Under the pieces are notes generated by a model. The model made no database searches, was not told where the DNA came from, and saw only the letters and a program-made list of their open reading frames with translations. DNA of 63,567 nucleotides, counting the filler, from Octopus bimaculoides (taxonomy: Eukaryota): NCBI RefSeq assembly GCF_001194135.2. It is 8 parts of 6 records of this genome, joined end to end, with 100 filler letters (N's around TTAATTAATTAA, not from the genome) between each part and the next. Parts side by side here need not be neighbours in the genome. Positions count along the whole stretch, not along the records: positions 33,763 to 41,721 come from NC_068993.1; positions 41,822 to 47,961 come from NC_068981.1; positions 48,062 to 54,299 come from NW_026423347.1; 5 more parts are not named here. One strand, given 5' to 3'. This document shows positions 38,850 through 51,357 of this stretch, in pieces. Position 1 is the first letter of the stretch; every line of letters starts with the position of its first letter. The translations under genes were made by a program, and so were the position numbers.

Positions 38850-40530
38850 ACCACTGACATACCCGAAAGACGCTCAGGCATCTTGGAAAGACAAGTGGAC
38901 TACTCGAAAAGACGAGCGGGCAATAGGAAAGACTATCGACACCATGAAAGACTGACAGAGGCTGCGAACTTACAATCCTCGTCTCTGTAACATGTTGTAA
39001 CAGCTACCAATGAGAATGACAGCCCCATGATTGACCAGGAGGGGGCAGTCGAGAATCAATCAAACGCAGTTAACATGGAAATGACACCGGACGTGAATAC
39101 GGCTATTCCTTTGAACAGCGAACGAAGTGCAAGCAACTTTTGACGCAAGCTGTGCTGTGAGGCTTTTGCAACCGAGAGAGGTTTGAAGGTTCATCAAGGA
39201 AATTCTTGTAAAAAGAAGACAGAGCAGTGTGGATCATCTGATCGTAAAAAATGTGGTAAATCATCCCCGGGCTCAAAATACAGCGGATCGATAAATGCAA
39301 CAGCAAAGACCTCTTCTCGGACAGGATGCTGCAGCTTACGAAATTGGTGCATCAGATAGTACTCGGAGGAAACCGAGGGTTGTGTGACCTGTTGCTAATG
39401 AGAAAGAAAGATATAAAGAGTTTGAGAACAAGGTATACCAAATGACAGGATATAAAATGACAGGATCTACAGTGGAGAAACAGGAAAAGTTAACATGCTA
39501 AATATACGATACAGGAAAGGAATTATCTGGAGTGAAAGATAGTATCCGATTAGCGAAAGTGTGGACCAAGCAGGAGGATCAGGAAAGTGAAACAGTTAAG
39601 GAGGGAAAAAAACAGCCTAAGAAAGCAATGGAAGTGTGCTGCGGCAGACGAAAAACTTGGCCTCGAACTACTGCACGAAGATTTAACAAGGAAATGCCGT
39701 TATGTGCAACGACATATGCGCCGATATGAACGAAGAAAGGTAAATAAAAGGACTCGGAGACAGTTTCGGAAGGACCCGTGCGGGGTTACTGAGAATCTGT
39801 TTACTGAACCGAAGAATGGCACTTTATCGTGCACAAAAGAATTGGATGCTCATATCAAAGAAACCTACAGCGATCCACACCGTAACCAACCACTGCCACC
39901 TATAAATAGGCTAAAGCACCTCTAAGAACTTAATATCGAATTTCAAATTGGGGATATGAGGGAGAAAGAAGTGATTGATTTCATGACAAAAGCTAGAGCA
40001 AAGAGTGCCTCAGGAAGTGATTGCATCTTGTATACAAATATTGCAATCGTCTGCGAAAGAAGCTCTCTGTCCTACTTCGACAGCTGTGGCGCAAAGAAAC
40101 CCTAATAGAGGATTGGTGTAAGGCAGAAGGCACGGACCTGCCGAAGGAAGCCAATGCAGCGACTATAAAACAGTTTAGGCCGATATCCTTATTGAATGTG
40201 GAAGGCAAGATCTTTAAGGGAATTCTCTCAAGGAGAACAGTGGCATATTTACAGAGTAATAGATATGTTAATGAATCTGATGTAAAAACGGCCAGGAAGT
40301 GGAATGCAGAAGCAGAGGCTGATGATATTCTGCCTTCCCTTACACACCGACATATGGTGGGTGCAACGCAAATTCGCCGGAAGGGACTTGGTTTTGGCAC
40401 AGATCGGTTCAAACCGTTTCCATGTATGATGTGGACCGAACGCAGATCTATTGTTAGCAACAGCGTCAAAACAAGGGCAACAGAGAGGAAAGCTTCCTTT
40501 GACACCCAACAAGGACAGACGATGAGAGCA
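38850..40530 (+). mobile_element. HERO-clade non-LTR retrotransposon, internally deleted
   Basis: N-terminal zinc finger-like C.C..F.TERGLKVHQG..C; LRKQWK.A..DEKLGL..; FRKDP..; KETYSDPHRN; QFRPISLLNVEGKIF; jumps at about 40278 to RKWNAEAE..HRHMVGATQ.RRKGLG. Confidence 0.8.
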
Positions 40531-40995
40531 TCTTTGTGTGTATATCTCTCCGCTTGGCAACCGGTGCATTTTGGGTTGAGGGGTTTCGTAACTTAACTGT
40601 TCTGTAAGGATAGAATAAGTTCTAGACTTCGTTTCTGTTCCAAGCTGTATTCCACAGATGCTCGGGATACATTATCAGGGATGTTTCTAGGGGCTCAAGG
40701 TGGTTTGTGTCTTTCAACATCAGAAACTCTCACTCAGTTGACCTAGCTGGGTTCGATCAAGTTCCAGCTTGCAACACAACAGAAGGTAAAACACCAGGCT
40801 GCCCTCATTATCCATTTCCATCCAGTGGCTTTATTGGCAGCTTTAGATGACTAAGCCCTTCAAAACGAAACCCTGGCATGACTGCAGCTCAATGTATGAA
40901 ACAGACAGAAGAATAAAGGCGAGCCTGCTCGCACGTATGCATAGACACATACAATATAATATACGTATGTTTGTATGTATCTCTCTCTCTCTTTA

Positions 40996-41721
40996 TATAG
41001 GGTCCGGCAAAATGATCTGACACATTTCTAGGTTTAATAAAAGGCAAATAAATTAAAGTTACAAAAAAGTTTTTTTCATTTTCGAAAGGTACATATAATG
41101 CCATTTTGTTTTCGCAGAGCATTGCGTTTGGAAATGCAACAAAATATCCCCAATGCATCTGTTGTGTTGTTCAGTGACGCGGTGCATTTTCATCTGTGTG
41201 CCACAGTGAATAAGCAAAACTTCAGATACTGGGCCGAAAACAACCCTCGTGAGTTACATAAACGCCCTTTGCATTATCCTCGGGTGACTGTGTGGTGTGC
41301 GGTATCAGAATTCGGTATATAGGGTCCGTACTTCTTTCAAGAAGACAGCGTTACAGTGACTGTGAACTCTGATCGATATTGTGAGATGCTAGAGAATTTT
41401 CTCAGACCCAAATTGAATATGCTCCACGATACGGAAAATGTTTGGTTTCAACAGGATGGGACAACAGCCCACACTTCTCGACGTGCGATGGGAATTTTGA
41501 GGGAGATGTTTCCTGGTCATTTAATCTCATTGCGTGGTGACATCGGTTTGCCCGCCCGATCACCTGATTTAAATCCTTGCGATTTTTTCCTCTGGGGATA
41601 CCTCAAGTCAAAGGTATACATTAATCGCCCTCGATCTATTCAACAACTTAAAGATGCCATTCATCAAGAAATTGCTGCCATTCCTCATGAAATGATCCGC
41701 CGAGTTATAGACAACTTTCAT
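40996..41721 (+). mobile_element. rosa (DD41D) Tc1/mariner-superfamily transposon, deleted and truncated by a spacer
   Basis: TATAGGGTCC terminus; FSDAVHF..QNFRYW; WFQQDG followed by 41 residues then D in SPDLNPCDFFLWGYLK; in-frame stop at about 41320. Confidence 0.88.
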
Positions 41722-43190
41722 NNNNNNNNNNNNNNNNNNNNNNNNNNNNNNNNNNNNNNNNNNNNTTAATTAATTAANNNNNNNNNNNNNNNNNNNNNNN
41801 NNNNNNNNNNNNNNNNNNNNNGGTCAGATACGTTGAATGCACCCACCCCCAAAAAATTGTGGAAATAATTATTCCACGCCGAGATACGAAATATTTACCG
41901 GAAGAATAAAATCTTGTACCGATTATACCTGTATTTTGATTAATTCAAATTAATATACCTAATTTTGAAAAGCGGCAAAATTTTTGTCGATTGCCATCTG
42001 GGATAATTTTAGTAACAAATCAAACTGGTAAGATGCATTAAGAATTTCAATTTTAGTGTTTACCCATAATGTTATTGCTTTTACACCTATTAATTAAATT
42101 TACCTGCCCATAAAAGATCAGCTAAAATTACATAACTATAAACCAGCGGTATATAAAGCACCCACTAACAAAATTTCAAATCTATGTAAAAATTTACAAA
42201 GTTATAAGCAAATATTGAACCTGAATAACTCAAAATAACGTGAACAAATAAGCATTACATTTGACGGATTAATATGAACACTAAAGATGTTTTTGGTGTT
42301 TTTTTTCTTACACATACACATAGCACGGCCTCGCTCGGTTGGGGCTACACGTGTGTTATTTTGACATCATCATTCCATAAAATTTGTTTATGGGGAGAAA
42401 AATATTGAAAAATATCAATAGATGTGTGAGTGAGAAAGAAACGAGGAGGGAGGAAAATGTTTCTCTCATGGGTTTTAAGTGCGTAGTGAGAGACAAAAAA
42501 ATCGTTTCGGACTGGGGTGATGAGGGGGTAACAAAACTGAAAAAAAAAAAACTTTGAAAAAATTTTTTCTTGTTNNNNNNNNNNNNNNNNNNNNNNNNNN
42601 NNNNNNNNNNNNNNNNNNNNNNNNNNNNNNNNNNNNNNNNNNNNNNNNNNNNNNNNNNNNNNNNNNNNNNNNNNNNNNNNNNNNNNNNNNNNNNNNNNNN
42701 NNNNNNNNNNNNNNNNNNNNNNNNNNNNNNNNNNNNNNNNNNNNNNNNNNNNNNNNNNNNNNNNNNNNNNNNNNNNNNNNNNNNNNNNNNNNNNNNNNNN
42801 NNNNNNNNNNNNNNNNNNNNNNNNNNNNNNNNNNNNNNNNNNNNNNNNNNNNNNNNNNNNNNNNNNNNNNNNNNNNNNNNNNNNNNNNNNNNNNNNNNNN
42901 NNNNNNNNNNNNNNNNNNNNNNNNNNNNNNNNNNNNNNNNNNNNNNNNNNNNNNNNNNNNNNNNNNNNNNNNNNNNNNNNNNNNNNNNNNNNNNNNNNNN
43001 NNNNNNNNNNNNNNNNNNNNNNNNNNNNNNNNNNNNNNNNNNNNNNNNNNNNNNNNNNNNNNNNNNNNNNNNNNNNNNNNNNNNNNNNNNNNNNNNNNNN
43101 NNNNNNNNNNNNNNNNNNNNNNNNNNNNNNNNNNNNNNNNNNNNNNNNNNNNNNNNNNNNNNNNNNNNNNNNNNNNNNNNNNNNNNNNNN

Positions 43191-43221
<31 letters not shown>

Positions 43222-43252
43222 CAATGAGAAATGAAGATGTACAGGTGTCAAT

Positions 43253-43335
43253 TCATTACGGCCGTTTCAAGCCACCCCTTTAATTGAGTAATGAAAATAT
43301 TACATCATTTAAAAGAAGCCGTTCTCGTCAGATGA
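43253..43335 (-). ncRNA. Type I hammerhead ribozyme motif with intact core
   Basis: Minus strand TCAT-CTGACGA-[imperfect 56-nt hairpin]-GAAAC-GGCC-GTA-ATGA; palindromic stem III ACGGCCGT. Confidence 0.7.
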
Positions 43336-45405
43336 CCGCATAGACTTGAAACATAGGGGATGAAACCACTGCTCTATTGTTTCTGTTGTCATATCTCTGT
43401 CAGAAAGAGTTTAGAAAGTAATACATACCTTGTCAAGTCTATTATAATTTAGAGAGTAGCAGAGGAAATAATGGGGCTAAGGAGAAAAAGAGTAGTGACC
43501 TAGTTACTTACACTTGGAAGACAATATGAAGAATGTAGCCTTCAACCCTCTAGAATCAAATCTATTGGGAGTTATCAACTGTATTCTAGTTAATGGTGAT
43601 AAATCAATTAATGTCAGACAATCTGCTAAACTCTCTATATACTGCAACCATATATCCAGCTTTGCCTACACAAAAGGGTAGGACGTGGAGTAGAAATAAA
43701 GGAATACCTGATGGAGAAGGGATGATAATTGGAAGAAAGAAGGATAGGAAGAGCCAATACTTATTTTGATTATCATATTAAAGGGAAGAATAATGAATAA
43801 ACCAAAGGGATACGTAATATAAATTTAGGGGTGGAATTTAAAATCAGAGAATAAGGGAGGCATTATATTATAACTTAGCAAATTTGTGATGTTAAAGCGA
43901 GAACATTTAAATCAATATATAGAAGAAGGTTAGAAATTAAATTTAAAACTTAATAATGGGATACTTTAATATTTAAGAAAAAATATATTAAGACTTTTTA
44001 TAAACATAGTGTATAGAAGATCATGGTAAAAATATTCTATAATGAATGTATAACGGAATTAAATTATCATATAAATAGAAACTTATAGTATACGTTAAAC
44101 TAATATACGAATTATTCGCTTTATTACGGGAGGATAAATATAAGCTTTCGTAAGAAATGGTATCCAATATATGGTTCAATTAAATTAGAGATATTTCAAA
44201 TGTAAAAGGGAGTATATTTAGATACCATGTTTAAACAAATTTGGTTATATAAACACTTAATGAATATACTGCATAATTAAAAATATAAAATAAGAATTCA
44301 CATATACAGTGAATTATAAAAAAAACCTTATAAATCTTCAAAAACATTTTATAAATTATAAACACTATGAAAGTATATAAAAGGATATAAAAATGTGTAA
44401 AAATACCAAATATGAAATATAACTATTTATAAAATATTTGTAATTGCAAATATAATAATATATATTGCATTGAATAGTGAGTTATATGAAAAGAAATTAT
44501 AAACTACCAAACGATTTATAAGCTATAAAAGCCACACAAATGTATAAGAAGGTATATAAATGCATAAACATTTAATAATATAAAATATAAGAAAAAGTTC
44601 TTTTAAAAAAACTTTTACAAAATGATATAAAAGGTATAAAAGAGATATAAATAAGGATATAAAATAAAATAAAATAAGGACTATTTTATAATGATATTGG
44701 TATATCGAAAAAATTTCCTAGGCATATCATTATTATTAATGCAATATAAAATAGAATATATGTATCAAATATTAACGGAAGTAAAATTACCTTTGGAAAT
44801 GGGATTATAAAATATTTCTAAAATACATCAAAGACAATGATCGAGATAGAAAACTAACAGATCTTAGAGAGTATATTTTATGCTTAGGAGAGGTGCGAAA
44901 TTTATTAATCGATTATCAAATGTATGTTATACTAATTATGAGGGGTAAATACATATTGTAATTATTGAAAGTTTATAGATCAAAGGGGCTAAAAGACACT
45001 AGAAAGCTTTATTGAATAGGTTTCGAGATAATAGAGTGTAGGCTATAAATGATATGGCACCCCGATTAACTCGTGCTACCAAAGTGCAGTATGAGATACT
45101 TATTATTACCTGCATTTAAATTATTTAAAGGTACGAGTAATCCTATGAACACATAACACTCTAAGATCTAATTTATTATTAAGTTTTGTTTATCTCTATA
45201 TTTGAATATTTCATGTATCTCCATATAGCATAGTTCACATCCATACCGGCTATTTGTGCATGGTTGAGCTCTACGCACTATATCGTACTTTAGGTTGAAT
45301 TTAATATTTATTATCTTTGAGTTCCAAGATGTTCGTAGATTATGAGGTGCTGCTGGCTCTACGACTAAGTTTAAAGAACGAAAAAATGGCTATTGAAGCG
45401 TTTTT

Positions 45406-45488
45406 TCATCTGACGAGAACGGTTTCTTTCAAATGATGTAATATTTTCAGTAATCAATTAAAGGAGTAGCTTGAAACGGCGGTAATAA
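45406..45488 (+). ncRNA. Degenerate hammerhead motif, inverted partner of 43253-43335
   Basis: TCAT-CTGACGA-...-GAAAC-GGCG-GTA-ATAA; stem III palindrome and stem I each carry one substitution. Confidence 0.55.
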
Positions 45489-45734
45489 ATTGACAGCTGT
45501 ACATCTTCGTTACTCATTTATATTTTATTCAACTACCTTGGAATCAGCACTTCAGAAATACTATAGAAAGTATTTTTATATAAAGTACATGTCTGAACAA
45601 CCAAGAGCGAATCTCTTGATTTAGGTGGGTTGCATTGTCTTCACACACGGAAGGAACATCAGGTGCAAACACTCCTGCACAGAGTTTTGATACTTAATAT
45701 TCAATTAATATTGTTTGGGTGCGCGGTTTACACC

Positions 45735-46820
45735 GACCTAACAAGGTGCCTCAATCTTTTGATCCAGTAGCCTTGAACTCCATCTGGTCCCAGGGCCTTC
45801 CAGTTGCTCATTTTTTTTGCTGATTTCCTTCACTTCCCTAACTGAAATGACTAGTTCTGCCTGTTTTGGACATACTACTGTTTGCTTCAGTTCTTGCAAC
45901 CATTCAGCATCCTTCATGTGCTCCTTGTCTTTGCTCCAGATGTCTCTCCAAAACCTTTGACTTTCATTGTTATCTGGTATCAACTTTTCATCTGTACACG
46001 AGCAACTGGAAGGCCCCGGGACCAGATAGAGTTCAAGGCTACTGGATCAAAAGATTTGGTGAATGTCATGCACGAATAGCTGTGCAACTCAACACCTTGT
46101 TAAATGCCGACCAAGTAACAACAGAGTGGTTGATATTGGGTAGGACAATGCTGTGCTTGAAAAACATCGAAAAAGACAATACAGTAGACAAATACAGGCC
46201 GATAGCCTGTTTGCTACTTATGTGGAAGTTATTGACTGGAATACTCGCAGAGTCAATGTACGAAAATCTGGAAAAAATGGAGTCTGTCACATGAGCAGAA
46301 GGGTTGCAAGCATAAGCGCAGGAGTACCAAGGATCAACTCATGATAGACAAAACTGTACTTAGAGACTGCATGAGGAGGAAAAGTAACTTAGCCATGTCA
46401 TGGATCGACTATCGTAAGACGTACGATATGATCCCACGGTCTTGGATGATGGAATGTATGAGCCTATTTGGTATTCCATCGAATGTTAAGCGATTGCTTG
46501 GAAAAAGTATGGAGAATTGGAGGGTGGATCTGACAGCATACAAAAGAAGTTTAGGGGCAGTAGAAATCAGGAGAGGCATCTTCCAAAGAGACTGCCTGTC
46601 CCCACTGATCTTTGTACTGTGCTTGATACCACTAACACTGATTCTGAGGAAAGCAAAAGCTGGCTATGTATTCAAAAGCCGCCAACAAAATGAATGAAAC
46701 TGAAAATAGGTGGGTAAAGAAAAGAATGTATGGTCAATTTCATAGAGATGTTGAAGATAAGACAGACAGAGAAAAAAGATGGCTGTAGATTACTGAAAGT
46801 GATTTGAAACCGGAAACGGA
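45735..46820. mobile_element. R4/Dong-clade RT fragment with 5' inversion and internal deletion
   Basis: 45735-46000 matches about 13441-13705 on the minus strand; 46001-46690 matches about 13652-14300 on the plus strand and includes [13 protein letters not shown]; then jumps to the region equivalent to about 14995. Confidence 0.85.
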
Positions 46821-46834
46821 GGCTCTATAATTTT

Positions 46835-47285
46835 AACGATAATCTCTCGTTGAATAAAGATATCAATGATATTAGTCCTTGTAACTGTGGCCTGAATAAA
46901 ATTTGTGTCCTCAATGGAAATTGCAGAATTAAAAATGTTGTTTACCAATGCAAAATTACTTCTGGAGCTAAAGATCTTTATATTGGATTGGCTTCTACGG
47001 AGTTGAAGCCGTATCGCGGACCATCTTTCCACTTTTAAATAGTCATAAGCGTAATTCTACAGGATTTAGTAAGCTAATTTGGCACCTTAAAGACTCTAAT
47101 AATCATTTTACTTTAGATTGGAAAATTTTATCAAGATCATTTCCCTATGACAAAGTGAAATCTTTCTGTCCTCTTTGTACGGACGAGTAACCATCTATTT
47201 TCTTTCCTAAACATAAACTGGTCAACACATTTAATGAATGTGTCTGCATTGGAAAAAAAAACACTCATTTGCTTTTTTTAACTAA
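46835..47285 (+). mobile_element. Penelope-like (Naiad-type) GIY-YIG fragment
   Basis: PCNCGLNKICVLNGNCRIKNVVYQCKI..YIGLAST.LK, then GFSKLIW.LK, WKILSRSFPYD, FCPLC. Confidence 0.8.
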
Positions 47286-47670
47286 TATCTACCCCTCACC
47301 TCATAATAATTTCTGCAACTTATCTTTATTCTTTATTCTTACTTTCCTTCATCCTTTCTTTCCATCAATCACTTATTCTCTATTTGCTCGTGCCTCCCTT
47401 TCTCCTTTAACTTTCGTTCTTTCGTTCCCTCTTTCTTCCTCTATACCTTCTCTTCTTCCCTCGCTCTATGACGTCTGTTTTCTCAACAGCATTTAAAAAA
47501 TTACTAGCGTTCCCTTCACAACTTCGCATTCCACATATGTATATGCGTGTATGTATGTAGGTGTTTCTGTATGTATATGCATGTATATTTATATATGTGT
47601 TCATGTGTATATGTATATGTGTGTATGAGAATGTATATGTGTGTATATATGTATGTGTGCGTATACATAC

Positions 47671-47705
<35 letters not shown>

Positions 47706-48061
47706 AACAAATAGTAAATGAGTATATGCATATATACGTACAGGTATGTGCATACCGACATCCACCTATATGTATAGGTGCATATCTGTGTACAAGACAT
47801 TGCAAACAAAACATAGACGAGAAAACACACAAGCCACATAGAGAACATTCTACTTCATCAGCTACCCCCGTTTTAACACCGGCGTTTCGAAGAGCTGGGC
47901 AGGACGCATCGTTAAAACGGCTCTTCCCATGGACCGCAAATTAAATTTGTATACACAAATTNNNNNNNNNNNNNNNNNNNNNNNNNNNNNNNNNNNNNNN
48001 NNNNNTTAATTAATTAANNNNNNNNNNNNNNNNNNNNNNNNNNNNNNNNNNNNNNNNNNNN

Positions 48062-48292
48062 ATTCGGCGTGACACAGAATGTGACATGGCGGAAAAATGG
48101 ACGTATACGAAAATAAACATCATTTTCCGTCAGACTGTTAGTTTTGCACCATTTTGGAAAATAAGAATTTATGTTATGATTTATTAATTTATTATCGTTT
48201 ATATCTTGAATTACATATATATGGGGGTGGGGTGGGGTGTCACCAAAACCTTTTAACTGCTTAGGGACTCTTTTAGCCTTAATCAGGCCCTG
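48062..48292. mobile_element. hAT-like terminal fragment
   Basis: Ends TTAATCAGGCCCTG (CAGGGCCTGATTAA on the minus strand), resembling hAT TIRs. Confidence 0.4.
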
Positions 48293-48984
48293 GTTAGTTA
48301 ATGATACCACTGTGAAAAACAATGGTTTCAAACAGAGTTGCTGCTAAGCTATTTATTTTAGGGGAGGTCACTCTTAATTGATCCCATCCACAAATTTTAT
48401 GTCATACTGAATAGCAACAGTGTTTTACTGTAATGAATGGAAGACGCGTTGAAGTCCTGTTATGTTATATCGTAGAGAGTGGGGGCAAAGCAGCTTACCT
48501 GTATCGTGATGTGGAAATGAAGAAAAGCAAGATAATACCTCTCAACTGTTATAGAGAGTGTTAACCAGGCAGTTCTCTATACTGCAACGCCTTAGTGTGT
48601 AAGAAGTGCGAAGGAACATGGCTTAGTGGTTAGAGGTATTCGGGTCACAAACGTCAAGTTGTGAGTTCGATTCCTGGCGGCGAATTGTGTCATTGAGCAA
48701 GAGACATTATTTTACGTCGCTCCAGTTAACTTAACTGGCAAAACTGAGTTGTAGCTGTATTTCAAAAAGCCAATCTTTGTTACGTTCTGTGCCACGCCCA
48801 AATCTCCTTCAGAACTGCGTAAAGTGTACGGGTGTCCGTGGAGTGCTCAGCCACTCGCACGCTAATTTCACGAGCAGGCTGTTCCGTTGATTCTCGTGAC
48901 ATGTATTTCATTCTTGCACCTCCGTTGAATCAGTAGACAGGTCGTTGGTGTTGCTGTTGTTGTTGTTATGATGATGATGATTTC

Positions 48985-49420
48985 ATAGGCGTAGGAGTGG
49001 CTGTGTTGTAAGTAGCTTGCTTACGAACCACAGGGTTCTGGGTTCAGTCCCACTGCGTGGCACCTTGGGCAAATGTCTTCTACTATAGCCTTGGGTCGAC
49101 CAAAGCTTTGTGAGTGGATTTGGTAGACGCAAACTGAAAGAAGCCCGTCGTATATATGTATATGTTTGTGTGTGTATATGTTTGTGTGTGTATATGTTTG
49201 CGTGTGTATATGTTTGTGTGTCTCTGTCCCCCCCCCCCAACATCGCTTGACAACCGAAGCTAGGTGTGTTTACGTCCCCGTAACTTAGCGGTTCGGCAGA
49301 GAGAGAGACCGATAGAATAAGTACTAGGCTTACAAAGAATAAGTCCCGGGGTCGATTTGCTCGACTAAAGGCAGTGCTCCAGCATGGCCGCAGTCAAAAT
49401 GACTGAAACAAGTAAAAAAA
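48985..49420 (+). mobile_element. SINE family B, complete bipartite copy
   Basis: GGCGTAGGAGTGGCTGTG head, GGGTTCAGTCCC B-box, central (TA/TG)n, right half ending GACTGAAACAAGTAAAA(AAAT)AAAAGAAT. Confidence 0.9.
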
Positions 49421-49434
49421 TAAAAGAATATATT

Positions 49435-49625
49435 TTGGTAACACAGCGTCCAAAATAGGGACCATTGTGTTGCACCGCCTGAAGCAGCCTTTCTGCCAGT
49501 TCTTTGATCCCACGTTGATACCAGTTCTTGTCCTTCGAAGCTAAGAATTCGGTCACTGAAACTTCCACCCCCTCTTGGTTGAAGCGTCGCGAGCGCAGCA
49601 AGTGAACCATGGATCGGAACGAATA
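49435..49625 (-). mobile_element. mariner transposase C-terminal fragment
   Basis: YSFRSMVHLLRSRRFNQEGVE..EFLASKDKNWYQRGIKELAERL..NGPYF. Confidence 0.8.
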
Positions 49626-49649
49626 TATTTTATATAATATACACAACCA

Positions 49650-50815
49650 TATACAAGGGGGTACCCAAAAGAAACCGGAATTTAAAAATATTATTTTATT
49701 CACGTAGTTTTACATATTTATACTTTTACTGACTTCAGAGTATTCTCCATTTGAAGCAATGCTTCGGTCCAGACACGTTTTCCACTCTTCGAAGCACAGT
49801 AGAAAACGCGTCTGGAGTTCCATAACTGCATGGAACTCTTTGCAAAGTGATCCCTTTTAACACCTCCGTTGTTTTTTTTTTTTTCTTCGCCTCTTCCACG
49901 TCTGCAAAACATTTTCCTTTATTCTTTTGCTCTTTTACTTGTTTCAGTCATTTGACTGCGGCCATGCTGGAGCCTCGCCTTTACTCGAGAAAATCGACCC
50001 CATGACTTATTCTTTGTAAGCCTAGTACTTATTCTATGGAATCTCTTTTTGCCGAACCGCTAAGTTACGGGGAGATAAACACACCAGCATCAGTTGTCAA
50101 GCGATGGTGGGGTGACAAACACAGACACACTAACATACATACATATATATATACATATACATATATACGACGGGCTTCTTTCAGATTCCGTCTACCAAAT
50201 CCACTCTCAAGGCTTTGGTCGGCCCGAGGCTATAGTAGAAGACGCTTGCCCAAAATACCACGCAGTTGGAATGAACCCGGAACCATGTGGTTGGTAAGCA
50301 AGCTACTTACCACACAGTCACTCCGACGCCTATACTTTCGAGACTTTTTGTCATTCGCAGGAACAGAAAAGAAAGTCGCAGGGGAACAAAATCGGGCGAA
50401 TAGGGAGGGTGGGTAAGCGAGTGTCANNNNNNNNNNNNNNNNNNNNNNNNNNNNNNNNNNNNNNNNNNNNNNNNNNNNNNNNNNNNNNNNNNNNNNNNNN
50501 NNNNNNNNNNNNNNNNNNNNNNNNNNNNNNNNNNNNNNNNNNNNNNNNNNNNNNNNNNNNNNNNNNNNNNNNNNNNNNNNNNNNNNNNNNNNNNNNNNNN
50601 NNNNNNNNNNNNNNNNNNNNNNNNNNNNNNNNNNNNNNNNNNNNNNNNNNNNNNNNNNNNNNNNNNNNNNNTTCAGAACTTCTTAGTAAAATGTCTGGTT
50701 CTTTGACCAGGTGGAACAAATTCTGTGCGGACAAATCCTTTCGCATCAATGAAACAAATAACATCAACTTGATACTGGACTTTACTTGGCGCGCTTTTTG
50801 AGGGCGTAGTGACAT
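49650..50815 (-). mobile_element. Second mariner element, interrupted by a SINE and a gap
   Basis: VICFIDAKGFVRTEFVPPGQ (50672-50815), HPPYSPD..PCDF (50335-50425), KGKCFADVEE..CFEEWK..SNGEY (49730-49920); terminus TA-CAAGGGGGTACCCAAAA at about 49650. Confidence 0.8.
49925..50330 (-). mobile_element. SINE family B, complete, nested in the mariner
   Basis: Reverse complement of 48985-49420; splits the mariner reading frame just before KGKCF. Confidence 0.9.
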
Positions 50816-50819
50816 CGAA

Positions 50820-51040
50820 TGTCACATGTCTGTGTGTGTGTGTGTTTTCTGTGTATGTGTACATGTCTTTGTGTCTGTCTCCTTTCCCCCACTGCTTGAC
50901 AACCAGTGTTGGCTTGTTTACATTCCCATGATCTAGCGGTTCCGAAAAAAAAAAAAGACCAATAAAACCTAAGTCCGAGATTTAAATAGAAGAATTGGGG
51001 TTGATTACTTCGAGCAAAAGCCATCGAGATAAAAGATAAA
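50820..51040 (+). mobile_element. SINE family B, degenerate right half
   Basis: CACTGCTTGACAACCAGTGTTGG..TAGCGGTTCCG. Confidence 0.65.
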
Positions 51041-51094
51041 CGAAAACGAGAGCAGCAACAGCAACAACAAAAAAGCAACAGCAAGATGAAGAAA

Positions 51095-51316
51095 TATTCT
51101 TTTCTACTCTAGGCACAAGGTCCGAAATTTTGTGGGGGGGGGGGCGAGCAATCGATTAGATCGGCCCCCGTACGCAGCGGGTACTTAATTCATCGACCCC
51201 GAAAAGATGAAAGGCAAAGCCGATCTCGGCGGAATTTGAACTCAGAACGTATAGGAGAAGAAATATTATACAACCGCGACAACAGTGATGAACGGCAGCA
51301 GCAACACCAGTGGTAA

Positions 51317-51357
<41 letters not shown>

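Noticed and set aside
41822-42573. Probable interspersed repeat between a spacer and a gap
   Set aside because: No termini, second copy or coding motif is visible in the window, so it cannot be classified.
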